In this document: one piece after another, positions 31,408-40,766 of the stretch
How the letters are laid out: each line of letters opens with the position of its first letter
Position numbering within the stretch: position 1 is the stretch's first letter
Virus record (IMG/VR): IMGVR_UViG_3300042448_000646
Coordinates: 57,957 to 121,956 of that record
Reading direction: 5' to 3' (one strand)
Length of the DNA: 64,000 nt
Source of the DNA: a virus
Position numbers and translations under genes: made by a program
The notes under the pieces: model-generated
What the model was told of the DNA's origin: nothing
Databases searched by the model: none
The model's input: the letters and a program-made list of their open reading frames with translations, nothing else

Positions 31408-32526
31408 TTACTTTTTCTCTCTAAATTGTTCGTAGTAGGCTCCAGTACTCATCGTTTCAGCACGAGGAAGTTCCTGAAAAAACCCACTTGCTCCTTCAAA
31501 ATGTAACCCTAGACTAGCATTTTCTAGTCCATAGTGTCTGTCTTTGAGGAATTTAAGACAACGATAGTTTCTTCCCAAGATAGATATGTCATATCCATTG
31601 TGAGTTTCTATATCGTAACGTGATGGGTTGAACAGTCCCAACACAATCTCGTAGTCTTGGTGTACACCTTTGTTAATGTGTAACTCTTCTAAAGAAGGTT
31701 CTATCTTCTCCTCTATTAGATGCCCTTTGTTTGTGTACACAGCTTTTTCTGAAGAAGGAGTTTGTTGATGTACAACAATATTTACCATTTGGAATCTTTT
31801 TGAAAAGACATCCAACATATAGTCTTTAACCATCAAATCAAAAGTTTGATAAGGGGTGTATTTCATCTTACTATCAGGGATAGTTTCATTGTAAAGCAAA
31901 CTGATATGGTCTACTATACAAAATACCCACAGATTATCTGACTTGTATTTATACCCAGTAAGTACTTTTCTTCCGTCAGGCATTTCTTTATGCACGTATT
32001 CACCTATCTCAGGGTTGTCAAAATATGCTTTTACATACTTGAGTATACCTGTGGGGTTTCTGATGTAATCTATACACTCTACGGTATCTTGTAGGGCATT
32101 TATGTATCTTTCTGCTTCTTTGATTTTACTCATCAAGTCAGAACTAACATTAAAATTACCTATTGATTTTAGTTGTGCTATACTTATATTCAACTTGTAT
32201 TGTTGATATAGATAGCTTGAAATAAACGAAAGCCAAAAGTCTGTTTGGTTTTCTTCTAATGCAAAATAAAATATCTTGACTTTGATATTGGTCTTATGTG
32301 TTTTTCTCAACACATTGTGTACTGTCAAATACTTTACAAATTTTGTTTTACCTACACCAGATGATGCAGTAATGGCTGTTAAGGAGCCTTTAGTAAATCC
32401 CCCATAGTGTTGTGATAGTCTGTCAAATGGACCTAAGATAGAGGTAATACCTCCTTCTTCTTTGATTCTTTTGTTGTTTTCTATTACTTTTACTAAATCT
32501 TGAAAATTAACTAAGTGATGTGACAT
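31408..32526 (-). CDS. DnaB-like replicative helicase
   Basis: ASSGVGKT; YFALEE; CIVDHISLL; VHQQ; LKDRHYG. Confidence 0.8.
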   Translation of the reverse strand: MSHHLVNFQDLVKVIENNKRIKEEGGITSILGPFDRLSQHYGGFTKGSLTAITASSGVGKTKFVKYLTVHNVLRKTHKTNIKVKIFYFALEENQTDFWLSFISSYLYQQYKLNISIAQLKSIGNFNVSSDLMSKIKEAERYINALQDTVECIDYIRNPTGILKYVKAYFDNPEIGEYVHKEMPDGRKVLTGYKYKSDNLWVFCIVDHISLLYNETIPDSKMKYTPYQTFDLMVKDYMLDVFSKRFQMVNIVVHQQTPSSEKAVYTNKGHLIEEKIEPSLEELHINKGVHQDYEIVLGLFNPSRYDIETHNGYDISILGRNYRCLKFLKDRHYGLENASLGLHFEGASGFFQELPRAETMSTGAYYEQFREKK

Positions 32527-32550
32527 AATTCTTCATATGGGTTATTAGTT

Positions 32551-32569
32551 CAGTACGGAAAAGAAAAAA
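32551..32569 (-). promoter_or_regulatory. Phage-type TTWTTC motif without hairpin (predicted +1 at 32551)
   Basis: - strand TTTTTTC-TTTTCCGTACT-G in the gap before the helicase gene. Confidence 0.55.
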
Positions 32570-33118
32570 TTAAAGTATTGTGTGGCTAGTATATCGCTTA
32601 TTGTTACCATTTCTAACCTCATCACACCACTTTGCCAAATTACTTATCTGAACTCCATTATGTAGTTTGTTAATAAAGTAGTGAGCTTCTTGTACAAAAG
32701 CCATACTATTAGTTCTTTTAAGATTGTCTAGATATAAGTCTACCCCTGCTAAAATCTCTTCTTTGGTATAGTCGTACTCTGCTAGAAATAAATGCATCTT
32801 TTTAACGATTGCTTTCACATTTCCACCTTTTCCTGCTATTCCAATATTTTTAGCACTAAACTTATTAGTAAACTCTTCTACCCAATCAAGCAATCCAACT
32901 ACTACTGATGAAGTTACTTCTCTTGCTGTCTTTTTAGGCTCTTGGTCACTTAGATTAACACCTCCAATAGACGCCTCAAGCTCTAGGATTTCTAGAGCCT
33001 TTGGTGTCCAAAATGTAGTATTTTTCTTAGTAACTAAAAGACCTTCATCAAACCATTTTTGTAGGATTCCCTGTTTCTCCAACAGGCTCCACATTGTTTC
33101 GTAAAATGTCTTTTTCAT
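32570..33118 (-). CDS. Hypothetical protein (replication-associated by position)
   Basis: 182-aa ORF upstream of DnaB; AHYFINK motif. Confidence 0.55.
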   Translation of the reverse strand: MKKTFYETMWSLLEKQGILQKWFDEGLLVTKKNTTFWTPKALEILELEASIGGVNLSDQEPKKTAREVTSSVVVGLLDWVEEFTNKFSAKNIGIAGKGGNVKAIVKKMHLFLAEYDYTKEEILAGVDLYLDNLKRTNSMAFVQEAHYFINKLHNGVQISNLAKWCDEVRNGNNKRYTSHTIL

Positions 33119-33356
33119 TGTTAGTTAGTTGTTTTAAAAGTAAATTTTTCTTTAGCGGGGTATCAAAATTAGGGATGTGTTCTGAAATTTGCAAGTCATT
33201 TTTTACATTGTTATCCCCCTCATTCCAATCTACTAAAGATTCTTCATAAGCTCTTTTTGCTAAAAGAAAATCTGGACTGGTGTCCAGACTCTCTCCATAG
33301 CAATTAAACGATAAATTATTCACAGCCTTCATTAGGTATGTTCCAAGTGCTTTCAC
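33048..33356 (-). CDS. Hypothetical protein
   Basis: About 100-aa ORF overlapping neighbours; start uncertain. Confidence 0.4.
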   Translation of the reverse strand: MKALGTYLMKAVNNLSFNCYGESLDTSPDFLLAKRAYEESLVDWNEGDNNVKNDLQISEHIPNFDTPLKKNLLLKQLTNNEKDILRNNVEPVGETGNPTKMV

Positions 33357-34683
33357 AACAGTCGCAAGTAACGTATAGCAATAAACTATTATCCACCTCT
33401 ACAGGTGTCCAACAGTTAGGGCAAAGTGAGTCTACTAAAGCTTCGTCAATATCACTCTGTATGGATGGTTCGTTATCTACGTAAGATGGATAACCAATGT
33501 TATGAGTTAGTTGTTCGGCTCTGTTGAAAGGAGTGTGCAGATCAGAGTACATTTCCTTAAAATACTCATCTTGTTCTTTACAATCTAAAGGAAGTTCAAT
33601 TGATCCTGCAGGTGTGTGTGCTACATAAGACTCTACTTTAACTTTCTCATCCTCTAAGTCATCAAACAAGTCAAAGCTTCTCTGAGCACCTTGCCTCCAG
33701 CTATACCCAGTACCATAAGTACCATACCCGCTGTAACGAGTGTTCTCATATACAGGAATTTCTGCTTTGTGCTGCCACACTTTGTCTACGCCCATCTTCA
33801 GTAATTCATAACCAAAGTTAATTGCATTTTCAAAGTGAGGTATAGAAATCATCTCGTTGTCACCATGCTCATTGATGTAACCACAAGACACGTTCATTGC
33901 TACACAATTCACCGTATCGTACTTCTTTAGACCACCGATGTCTGTACAACTACCGTTGTTTTTCTTGTACATATACTTATCCATAATAGAGCCAGCAGCT
34001 GTTACAAACTCATCACTACAAACAGTAAGACCATTTGTGTAAGTAATTAAGTCATTCTTGTAAGAGTTCCTGTCTAGTTGAACAAGCATACTGCAATCTG
34101 TAAAGAAGTGTTTGTCTGCTTTGTAAGTACCTATAAGACCTACCTCCTCGTCTTTGGGGAAGAATAGTTTTATGTTGTCAAACAAATCAAACATGTGTAC
34201 TGCAAAGTAGATACCTACTTTATCGTCTGCCCCCATACCGCATTGTTCTGCCTCTTCTGTGTCAAAGCCAAACATCCAAGGATATGCAGTCATAATTTTA
34301 ACATTATGTCTTACCTCTTGGTTGATGTCTGTATGCGCTACTACACAGGGATAGAATTCAGCATTACCTTTAGTTACGTATAAGTTTCCGTAGGCATCTT
34401 TGGTAGTAGTTGCACCTAAAGTAGAGAAATGAGTTTGTAGTTTCTCAATGAACTTATCTTGAGCTGGTCCCATAGAATAGGTTCTCATGTCAAGTAGCAT
34501 TGTCAATTTCTCATAGTCAGGCTTTATCTCTAGATGCATACTAGGTATAGCCGTTAGGGACTCTACTTTAATTACATCTCTTGGGGGAGTTTCAGTTACT
34601 TGTAACTTAACTTTATTTCTGTTTTGTCTTGTTGCGTTTTTCAAATTTTGTATTTTTCTAATTGTGTTGTTAATCCAACTCAT
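33316..34683 (-). CDS. M28/M20-like zinc peptidase with C-terminal Zn finger
   Basis: VAHTD, GADDKVG, DEEVG, QLDR, NEHGDNE; CPNC...CDCC. Confidence 0.8.
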   Translation of the reverse strand: MSWINNTIRKIQNLKNATRQNRNKVKLQVTETPPRDVIKVESLTAIPSMHLEIKPDYEKLTMLLDMRTYSMGPAQDKFIEKLQTHFSTLGATTTKDAYGNLYVTKGNAEFYPCVVAHTDINQEVRHNVKIMTAYPWMFGFDTEEAEQCGMGADDKVGIYFAVHMFDLFDNIKLFFPKDEEVGLIGTYKADKHFFTDCSMLVQLDRNSYKNDLITYTNGLTVCSDEFVTAAGSIMDKYMYKKNNGSCTDIGGLKKYDTVNCVAMNVSCGYINEHGDNEMISIPHFENAINFGYELLKMGVDKVWQHKAEIPVYENTRYSGYGTYGTGYSWRQGAQRSFDLFDDLEDEKVKVESYVAHTPAGSIELPLDCKEQDEYFKEMYSDLHTPFNRAEQLTHNIGYPSYVDNEPSIQSDIDEALVDSLCPNCWTPVEVDNSLLLYVTCDCCESTWNIPNEGCE

Positions 34684-34687
34684 GGCT

Positions 34688-36262
34688 TTAGATTAAGTTT
34701 AAGTTTAAGTAAGTGTCAAGATCTGGTTTATACCATATCTCTCCATTGTGTTCTTGAGTAACCTTTATTGGATAATAATTACCGTTGGTAGCCTGTAAAC
34801 ATTCTTCGGGCTTGTAATACGAATCGTTCCACTCAATAGCCTCAAAGTTGGTATTACTCATTAGGAAATAACCTCCACTAGCGTATTCATACATGTCTTC
34901 ATCATCGTGGTGAGCATAAGAACCATCCACTAACTCTACTGCATCTTCAGCTAAGATATAGTTGTCGTCCCAGTCTCTAATTGCTTCTGAAGTTAGTACC
35001 CAATCACTGATGCTGTCTATATAAGTAGCATTATCACGAGTTATGTAAGTGCTATGATGATCTGAGTATACACTGCAACAAGAACAAAGAGTCTGATCAT
35101 GGTTGTCGTCAATACGTAAATCTACATAACAACTGTCATCTTCATCCATTTCCCTACCACAAGCATGACACTCTACTGAATCATCGCCACCTACTTCTTC
35201 GTAGCCACCTGCAGTATCGTTTAAGTGAAGATACTCAGACGAGCTATCCATGTTAGATACTTCGTTACTAAGAATGTTATAATCTGAACTCAAGAACTTT
35301 AAGCTATCCATGTAGGGATACTTACGGTGACTCAAAAGTACTCTTTTGTTGATGTCAAGATTTGTAGTGTCTTGCTCTATTACAACTTCTTCGTGAGGAA
35401 AATATCCAGGAAAACAAGTTTTAATACCTTTAACTAAGAAGAAAGCTTTCATTCTATCTTGTATAAGATCTGAAGTAGCATAAATTCTGTCATAGTAATC
35501 AGTATTTCCAACTGTCCACACTAAAGCTCTACCTTGTACTTTACCTTCTTGGTTCAGTAGTACGGCCATCTTACAGATGTTTAGGTTCTTTGTGTAGAGG
35601 TCTAGATACCCATTAGTTCTATCATAGCGCATACAAGAGTTACCTAAGTTACCTGAAATAGAGGCATAGTTCTTTTCGTGATACAGTTCTGCAATCCAAT
35701 GACCTTTTACATAGATTACTTCACCAGAATCTCCCTGTCTAAATCCTTCGATACGGAATAGATTGTTGAATTGGTCAAACTCTGCTTCAGTAAATAGTTC
35801 TGCAAGGTTGGTAATAGAAGCTTCGGAAGGAGATACTCCTTTCAACTCAAGTTCTTCTCTTACAAAACCTTGTAAGATATCAAGAATAGGAATTGAAGAA
35901 AATAACTTCTTAACTACTTTACCTGCACCGCTGTGGTAACGATAGTCTTTGTCTTCCCAAATCCTATGTCCTTGTCCACTGTCATAAGCTCTAGAAACCC
36001 TGTCATACGTCATATAAGACAGTTTAGTAGGGTCATCTATACTTATACCAAGATAGTTTAGGTTGGCAGGTATTGTAGGGATAGATGCTCCAAAACTACA
36101 AGTAAGCTTTAGGATAGCGGCAGCAATTCGATTGTCATTGATAGCCGTAAGTCGTGTACTTAGATCCTGAGATATGTTCAGGTAATGATAAGTAATAACT
36201 GGCTGAGGAACTTCTACAGCAATTCCTTCTGTTAAATTTGGTTCATTTTCAAAATCTGGCAT
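34688..36262 (-). CDS. Hypothetical phage protein (SCMRY...GRALVW...DRIY...PYMDS) with Zn-finger/acidic C-terminal region
   Basis: 524 aa; motifs as listed; CHAC...CSCC. Confidence 0.65.
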   Translation of the reverse strand: MPDFENEPNLTEGIAVEVPQPVITYHYLNISQDLSTRLTAINDNRIAAAILKLTCSFGASIPTIPANLNYLGISIDDPTKLSYMTYDRVSRAYDSGQGHRIWEDKDYRYHSGAGKVVKKLFSSIPILDILQGFVREELELKGVSPSEASITNLAELFTEAEFDQFNNLFRIEGFRQGDSGEVIYVKGHWIAELYHEKNYASISGNLGNSCMRYDRTNGYLDLYTKNLNICKMAVLLNQEGKVQGRALVWTVGNTDYYDRIYATSDLIQDRMKAFFLVKGIKTCFPGYFPHEEVVIEQDTTNLDINKRVLLSHRKYPYMDSLKFLSSDYNILSNEVSNMDSSSEYLHLNDTAGGYEEVGGDDSVECHACGREMDEDDSCYVDLRIDDNHDQTLCSCCSVYSDHHSTYITRDNATYIDSISDWVLTSEAIRDWDDNYILAEDAVELVDGSYAHHDDEDMYEYASGGYFLMSNTNFEAIEWNDSYYKPEECLQATNGNYYPIKVTQEHNGEIWYKPDLDTYLNLNLI

Positions 36263-36310
36263 AATAACTTTTTTTGTTTTAGGTTAGTTTTTCTTATTGT
36301 TTAGTTATAT

Positions 36311-36351
36311 CGAGATAAAAAAGAAAAAGAGGACCCTTTTGGAGCCCTCTT
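36311..36351 (-). promoter_or_regulatory. Fused hairpin + TTWTTC motif (predicted +1 at 36311)
   Basis: - strand GAGGGCTC-CAAAA-GGGTCCTC-TTTTTC-TTTTTTATCTC-G. Confidence 0.55.
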
Positions 36352-36377
36352 CGTAGATAATTGAGAGTAATCTGTGT

Positions 36378-36689
36378 TTATTTACTTTGTAGGTAGGCTT
36401 CAACCCCTTTCCAAAATTCTAAAACCATTCCTAGTCTTTCTAAAGCTGCTCCATTTAATCCTTCGAGCTTTTCTTTAGGTAAACTATCAAAGGGGCTCTT
36501 GAATGGCTTAATGTGAGCTAAAGCACATGCTTTTGCAATGTCTTTACTTAGGGTTGGAGATAGTTGTGTTACAGCATCTGTGATTTGTGGGCTTACTATT
36601 TCAAAAAACATATCAAAGATTTCGTTTCCTTTTTTTTCTACTGCCTGATTCATTTGTTCAGGGGTAAATTCTGGCATTACATTTTCCAT
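36378..36689 (-). CDS. Hypothetical protein
   Basis: 103-aa ORF. Confidence 0.6.
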   Translation of the reverse strand: MENVMPEFTPEQMNQAVEKKGNEIFDMFFEIVSPQITDAVTQLSPTLSKDIAKACALAHIKPFKSPFDSLPKEKLEGLNGAALERLGMVLEFWKGVEAYLQSK

Positions 36690-36699
36690 ATTATTTTAG

Positions 36700-36954
36700 T
36701 TATTTTTTTGATATTTCAAAACTTCCTGTAATGTATGTTAGTCTGTCTGTTACTACGATTTGACCATAACCTATGTTTTCGTTATTTAGGTTGTAATGGT
36801 CTTTCTTAATAAATTTACTGACTAACATATCTTCAATTATTGGATCTTTTAGTAGACCCCAATTTTCTCCATCTTTTTCTAAGATACTGATTAACTCAGT
36901 TTTGCCTTTGCCTGAAAAATATTGTATTTTGTACATTTCTGAACCTATTAACAT
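36700..36954 (-). CDS. Hypothetical protein
   Basis: 84-aa ORF. Confidence 0.55.
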   Translation of the reverse strand: MLIGSEMYKIQYFSGKGKTELISILEKDGENWGLLKDPIIEDMLVSKFIKKDHYNLNNENIGYGQIVVTDRLTYITGSFEISKK

Positions 36955-37157
36955 AGTTTGTCTCCTTTTCTTTTGTAGGTGTCATTTTTTAATTGCTTGC
37001 CGTCTTTTCTCCTCTGCCAAATCAAGTGCAATTGCCAACGATACCAATCCCGCAAATTTATGTTATTTAAGTTACAATAATCTACAAACTCAGGTGTTAT
37101 TTTACCTTGTAATGATTGTAATTTACGCATAGTTGGTGTGTCTACTTTATTAGTCAT
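36948..37157 (-). CDS. Small basic hypothetical protein
   Basis: 69-aa ORF, coupled start. Confidence 0.5.
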   Translation of the reverse strand: MTNKVDTPTMRKLQSLQGKITPEFVDYCNLNNINLRDWYRWQLHLIWQRRKDGKQLKNDTYKRKGDKLC

Positions 37158-37351
37158 TAAATCTGTTTTTTGTTACGATTCTCTTCCTTTTTTTCGTAAT
37201 ACTCTAATGGGTGTATTGGACAAGCAAAGCAAATAGGCCTTTGTTGACTTAAAGGCCTATCGCATACAGGACAAGCAAATCCAAAATACCTACGTTCTTC
37301 TTTTTCGTAAGTTGTCTCACGATACTTGTTAGTAGGTTTCTTGTCAAACAT
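37157..37351 (-). CDS. Small Zn-finger protein
   Basis: CPVC...CFACPIH. Confidence 0.55.
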   Translation of the reverse strand: MFDKKPTNKYRETTYEKEERRYFGFACPVCDRPLSQQRPICFACPIHPLEYYEKKEENRNKKQI

Positions 37352-37794
37352 TACTTCTTTCTTTTGTTCTTGTTACCACTTCTAAGTGGGGCTTGAGTAG
37401 AACTTACAGAAATAGTTGTAGGGGCACTTAAAGTAGCAGCAGGAGTGATAGTTTCTTCGGCTACCTCACTAGTGACTTCTTTAGTTGTTTTTGTTGCTTC
37501 TAATTCTGCAGTAAGAGCTGTTGCTCTGTCATTGATTACTTTAATTCCTGCTTTTAGTGCTGCAACCTCTTCTTGCAATTTGCTTTTCTCTTGTTGTAAA
37601 CTAAGTAGTTTCATACGAACTTGAGAGATTTCCTCAAAACGATTTAAACTTTCTTTAGAATAGAAACTAGCAGAAGTAGTCTTTTGTTCTAAAGAATCTT
37701 CTAGTTCTTTGACTCTTCTGATTAAAGCAATAATAGCTCCAGTTCCGATAAGGAATAAAATTGCTAGTCCGATAATGATGTTAATTTGATCCAT
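37351..37794 (-). CDS. Membrane-anchored coiled-coil protein
   Basis: N-terminal TM, heptad region, Thr/Ala linker, basic tail. Confidence 0.6.
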   Translation of the reverse strand: MDQINIIIGLAILFLIGTGAIIALIRRVKELEDSLEQKTTSASFYSKESLNRFEEISQVRMKLLSLQQEKSKLQEEVAALKAGIKVINDRATALTAELEATKTTKEVTSEVAEETITPAATLSAPTTISVSSTQAPLRSGNKNKRKK

Positions 37795-37863
37795 AGGTGT
37801 GTTTTTAGTTTTTTAGGTTTATAATGTTGCAAGTTAATATGTTCTATTATATAATGCAAATAG

Positions 37864-38034
37864 TTAATTGTTAAGTTTAAGTTTTGCTCTTCTGTATGCA
37901 TTTGAAGCAGCATTTCTACTTATTCCTAACTTATCACCTGATTTAGTAAAACTGTACTTTAGCTCATCCCGAAGAATGAGCATACAGTACTGTTTAAGTG
38001 TAAATCCCTGTAAGTCAAACGTTAGTTCATCCAT
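37864..38034 (-). CDS. 56-aa stand-alone sigma70 region-4-like HTH protein (not in ORF track)
   Basis: Manual translation MDELTFDLQGFTLKQYCMLILRDELKYSFTKSGDKLGISRNAASNAYRRAKLKLNN; TGATG-coupled to the upstream gene. Confidence 0.65.
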   Translation of the reverse strand: MDELTFDLQGFTLKQYCMLILRDELKYSFTKSGDKLGISRNAASNAYRRAKLKLNN

Positions 38035-38372
38035 CAGATAGAGTTTCTAAACTGATCCACTTTTCTTAAGTCAGACTTAACTTCAGCTTGTTTGTGGTGT
38101 CTTTCTTTCCACTTGGTTCCTCGTAGTTCAGGATTGTGTTCCTGTAATTTTCTACGAGTCCTAGTGATAAGGTCAGAAGATACTAATTTTGATTCAGCAA
38201 ATTTCTTAAGAAAGTCCATAGCAGTTAGTTTTACCAGATTCGGATAGTAAGTGTAGTAGTACGTTGCTACAAGTAACATATCATCATCCTTAGTTCTACT
38301 ATACTTAGTGAGAAGTCTTGTGACGTTTTCTGTTACGTCGTGGTCAAAAAATTCTAATTCATCGTTGCTCAT
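38034..38372 (-). CDS. Hypothetical protein
   Basis: 112-aa ORF; ITRTRRKLQE motif. Confidence 0.6.
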   Translation of the reverse strand: MSNDELEFFDHDVTENVTRLLTKYSRTKDDDMLLVATYYYTYYPNLVKLTAMDFLKKFAESKLVSSDLITRTRRKLQEHNPELRGTKWKERHHKQAEVKSDLRKVDQFRNSI

Positions 38373-38394
38373 TGCTCACCTCCTTCATATAATT

Positions 38395-38652
38395 TCATTT
38401 CTTGTTATATGATTTTGATTTTTTAATTGCCATTGTGATGTAATCCATTGCCCGTTTATAACCTTCTTTGTAACCTTCGGCATAACTCATTTCCTTTCCC
38501 ATCACTTCCATTTCTTTGGCTTGTTCTTTTAATTGCTTTAACCTTTGATTTTTTTCATCTTTTGATATATGTTCAGCCCAATAATCATAATGTAAAATTT
38601 CCATTTGTTCCGCCAACCACTCCACTGCCGTTTGTTGTTTATTGTTTGTCAT
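38395..38652 (-). CDS. QTAVEWL-type small protein
   Basis: MTNNKQQTAVEWL...QAKEME. Confidence 0.6.
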   Translation of the reverse strand: MTNNKQQTAVEWLAEQMEILHYDYWAEHISKDEKNQRLKQLKEQAKEMEVMGKEMSYAEGYKEGYKRAMDYITMAIKKSKSYNKK

Positions 38653-38935
38653 GTCCGTATGTTAATGGTACTTCAATTACTTGAACTCCGCAATGGTCTG
38701 CGTTATCCCATAAGGTTGAATCATCACAATTTAGAATCTCTAATAAATGCCTTGCTTCTTCTTCTGTTGTTTCTTTGGTGTTGTAAATAATGAGAGTTCT
38801 TTTTGTTTCTAATCCTCCCAATGCCCTAATATGGTTTTCTATAATTCCATCAATTACGCTTTCATTGTATTTTTCAATGTATGTTTTCATTGATATCATT
38901 GAGTTTAATACTTGTTGTTCTGTGTATAGTTTCAT
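38639..38935 (-). CDS. Hypothetical protein
   Basis: 98-aa ORF, MKLYTEQQV start. Confidence 0.55.
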   Translation of the reverse strand: MKLYTEQQVLNSMISMKTYIEKYNESVIDGIIENHIRALGGLETKRTLIIYNTKETTEEEARHLLEILNCDDSTLWDNADHCGVQVIEVPLTYGHDKQ

Positions 38936-39282
38936 TGTTCACCTCCTTGTATTTTATTACGCATCCATTTTGCACCGCTTTGAAATTCTTCAGCAGGTGA
39001 TAAATCATCATTATTTTCTTCTAACGATGCGTCCTCTATCTCCTCATCACTTGGTAGTTCGATGTTTTGTCTACCTATTTTAATTATGCAATCCATACAT
39101 ACATTGTGAGAAGATTTTGACTCATCACAATTTATACATAACAAATCACTTGGTAGTTTGATAGACCTTTGCTCCTTCTCCATTTCTTTGGCTTTTTCAA
39201 GTATTTCTTTCATACTTAAATTTGGTTTTAACATTTCTTGTTCCAACCACTCCACTGCCGTTTGTTGTTTAATCTTGCTCAT
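38932..39282 (-). CDS. QTAVEWL-type mosaic protein
   Basis: Start 39282 (ATGA overlap) MSKIKQQTAVEWL; internal CINC...CMDC; LPSDEEI...GAKWMR. Confidence 0.6.
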   Translation of the reverse strand: MSKIKQQTAVEWLEQEMLKPNLSMKEILEKAKEMEKEQRSIKLPSDLLCINCDESKSSHNVCMDCIIKIGRQNIELPSDEEIEDASLEENNDDLSPAEEFQSGAKWMRNKIQGGEQ

Positions 39283-39536
39283 AGTTTTTCTATTTCTTGT
39301 TTTACTTCGTTCCAATATGGGTATAGTACTTGACTATCATAATCATAAATTCCTACAACAATATTTAATATCTCATCAACTGCAATTAATGCACATTGCT
39401 TGGCGTTCCATACTCTCATTCTTTCCGAATAAATAAAACCATCTTCGGTTGTTGCTTCATTTGATGAAAATGAGAGAAATGATTCTACCAACTCTTCGGC
39501 TTTCTCCACTGCCGTTTGTTGTTTATTGTTTGTCAT
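39279..39536 (-). CDS. Small hypothetical protein (AKQCALIAVDEI type)
   Basis: Start 39536 MTNNKQQTAVEK; ends EVKQEIEKL. Confidence 0.6.
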   Translation of the reverse strand: MTNNKQQTAVEKAEELVESFLSFSSNEATTEDGFIYSERMRVWNAKQCALIAVDEILNIVVGIYDYDSQVLYPYWNEVKQEIEKL

Positions 39537-39796
39537 TTCCCTGCCTTGTGTATTGGGTTTTTGCAGTTTCCTTTGTGACATAGAATATTACCCTTGTAAT
39601 TCTTACAAATGAAGTATTCACATTCTTCAATCACACACACCTTAAGTGGGTCTGATGCTAAATTACCTTCACTGGGTATTGTGTAGTTGGTAGTTTTTGA
39701 TGATACTGTTGGTTCCGTGCAACCACTTATCATTCCGATAAGTAATGTTGCTAATAATAGTTTTTTCATTGCAGTTTGTTGTTTATTGTTTGTCAT
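39533..39796 (-). CDS. Putative lipoprotein
   Basis: MKKLLLATLLIGMISG-C lipobox (start 39796 or 39769); HKGNCKNPIH. Confidence 0.6.
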   Translation of the reverse strand: MTNNKQQTAMKKLLLATLLIGMISGCTEPTVSSKTTNYTIPSEGNLASDPLKVCVIEECEYFICKNYKGNILCHKGNCKNPIHKAGK

Positions 39797-39831
39797 TTCC
39801 GTAGGTTTTGTTGTAGTATTGTTCGGGTGAA

Positions 39832-40080
39832 TCATATTTTTTGTTTTTTAAATTGTTTAAACCATTCACTTGTTGTTGTCTTTTGATAATCACTTCCTAA
39901 AGTATAAATCATTCTTTGATGAAGTAGTTCTAAAACTTCTTCCTCACTATACATTCTTTCAGCTTGCCATTTAGCACCTTCTTTAAAAGAATGTCCACAT
40001 AAAATTCTATTATATTTATCCCTATTATTAATGTGATTTTTAGCAGCTTCTTCAAGTGTTTCTTGTTTATTGTTTGTCAT
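39832..40080 (-). CDS. Small hypothetical protein (ETLEEAA...GAKWQAERMYSEEEV type)
   Basis: 82-aa ORF. Confidence 0.6.
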   Translation of the reverse strand: MTNNKQETLEEAAKNHINNRDKYNRILCGHSFKEGAKWQAERMYSEEEVLELLHQRMIYTLGSDYQKTTTSEWFKQFKKQKI

Positions 40081-40289
40081 AGTTTTTCAATTTCTTCTTT
40101 TACTTTTAACAAAAACTCGTATATCTCCCCATCAGGAATAAACCAAGCAACTTTTAACATTTCAGCAACGCAAATTAAAGCACATTGAATCCCTTCATTC
40201 CGTTGTTGTAATCCAACCACGGTGAATTTATCAACCAGTTCTTTGGCTTTGTCTTTTGGTGTCATCGTTTGTTGTTTATTGTTTGTCAT
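40077..40289 (-). CDS. Small hypothetical protein, paralog of 39279-39536
   Basis: KAKELV...QCALICV...KVKEEIEKL. Confidence 0.6.
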   Translation of the reverse strand: MTNNKQQTMTPKDKAKELVDKFTVVGLQQRNEGIQCALICVAEMLKVAWFIPDGEIYEFLLKVKEEIEKL

Positions 40290-40747
40290 TGCTTAGACAT
40301 TGCATTAATAGCGTTGGTAGAACCAGACATTGTAAACTTGTAGACTTCTGTTGTGCAGTAGGTTTCATTTACTCTTACTATGGCAGAAGAACATCTCTTA
40401 AAGTCAGTGAGGAAGTCATCGTTAAGTATTGAGGTAATGTCATCTAGGATAAACACAGTGTTGTTGTCGGCAGATTTAGTACAGGTAAAGGTGTACCGCA
40501 TAGACTCTCCGTTTACTATCAAGGCTATGTCTGTTTGTAAAGACTCGTCACAGAAGTAACTTCCTGTTAAGTAGAAGTAAAGCTGATCTCCTACTTTTTC
40601 TAGTTTAAGTAATGCCTTCTTGTCAGAGGTCATGCAGTAAGCAATCTTGTAAGGATTGTCTAGTTTGTTGTCGACAGTTTTAACTATCCACTGTCCGTAA
40701 CTTAAGTTAGAGACAAATAATAAGGCGATGATTAGTAATTTTTTCAT
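40286..40747 (-). CDS. Secreted/periplasmic hypothetical protein
   Basis: MKKLLIIALLFVSNLSYG-QW signal peptide; start 40747 preferred. Confidence 0.6.
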   Translation of the reverse strand: MKKLLIIALLFVSNLSYGQWIVKTVDNKLDNPYKIAYCMTSDKKALLKLEKVGDQLYFYLTGSYFCDESLQTDIALIVNGESMRYTFTCTKSADNNTVFILDDITSILNDDFLTDFKRCSSAIVRVNETYCTTEVYKFTMSGSTNAINAMSKQ

Positions 40748-40766
40748 AAGTGTTTTTTGTTTGTTG

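Larger units (their letters stand above)
38621..40289 (-). repeat. Dispersed direct repeats ATGACAAACAATAAACAA(CAAACGGCAGTGGAG) at gene starts
   Basis: Copies begin at 40289, 40080, 39796, 39536, 38652; partial copy near 39282. Confidence 0.85.
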
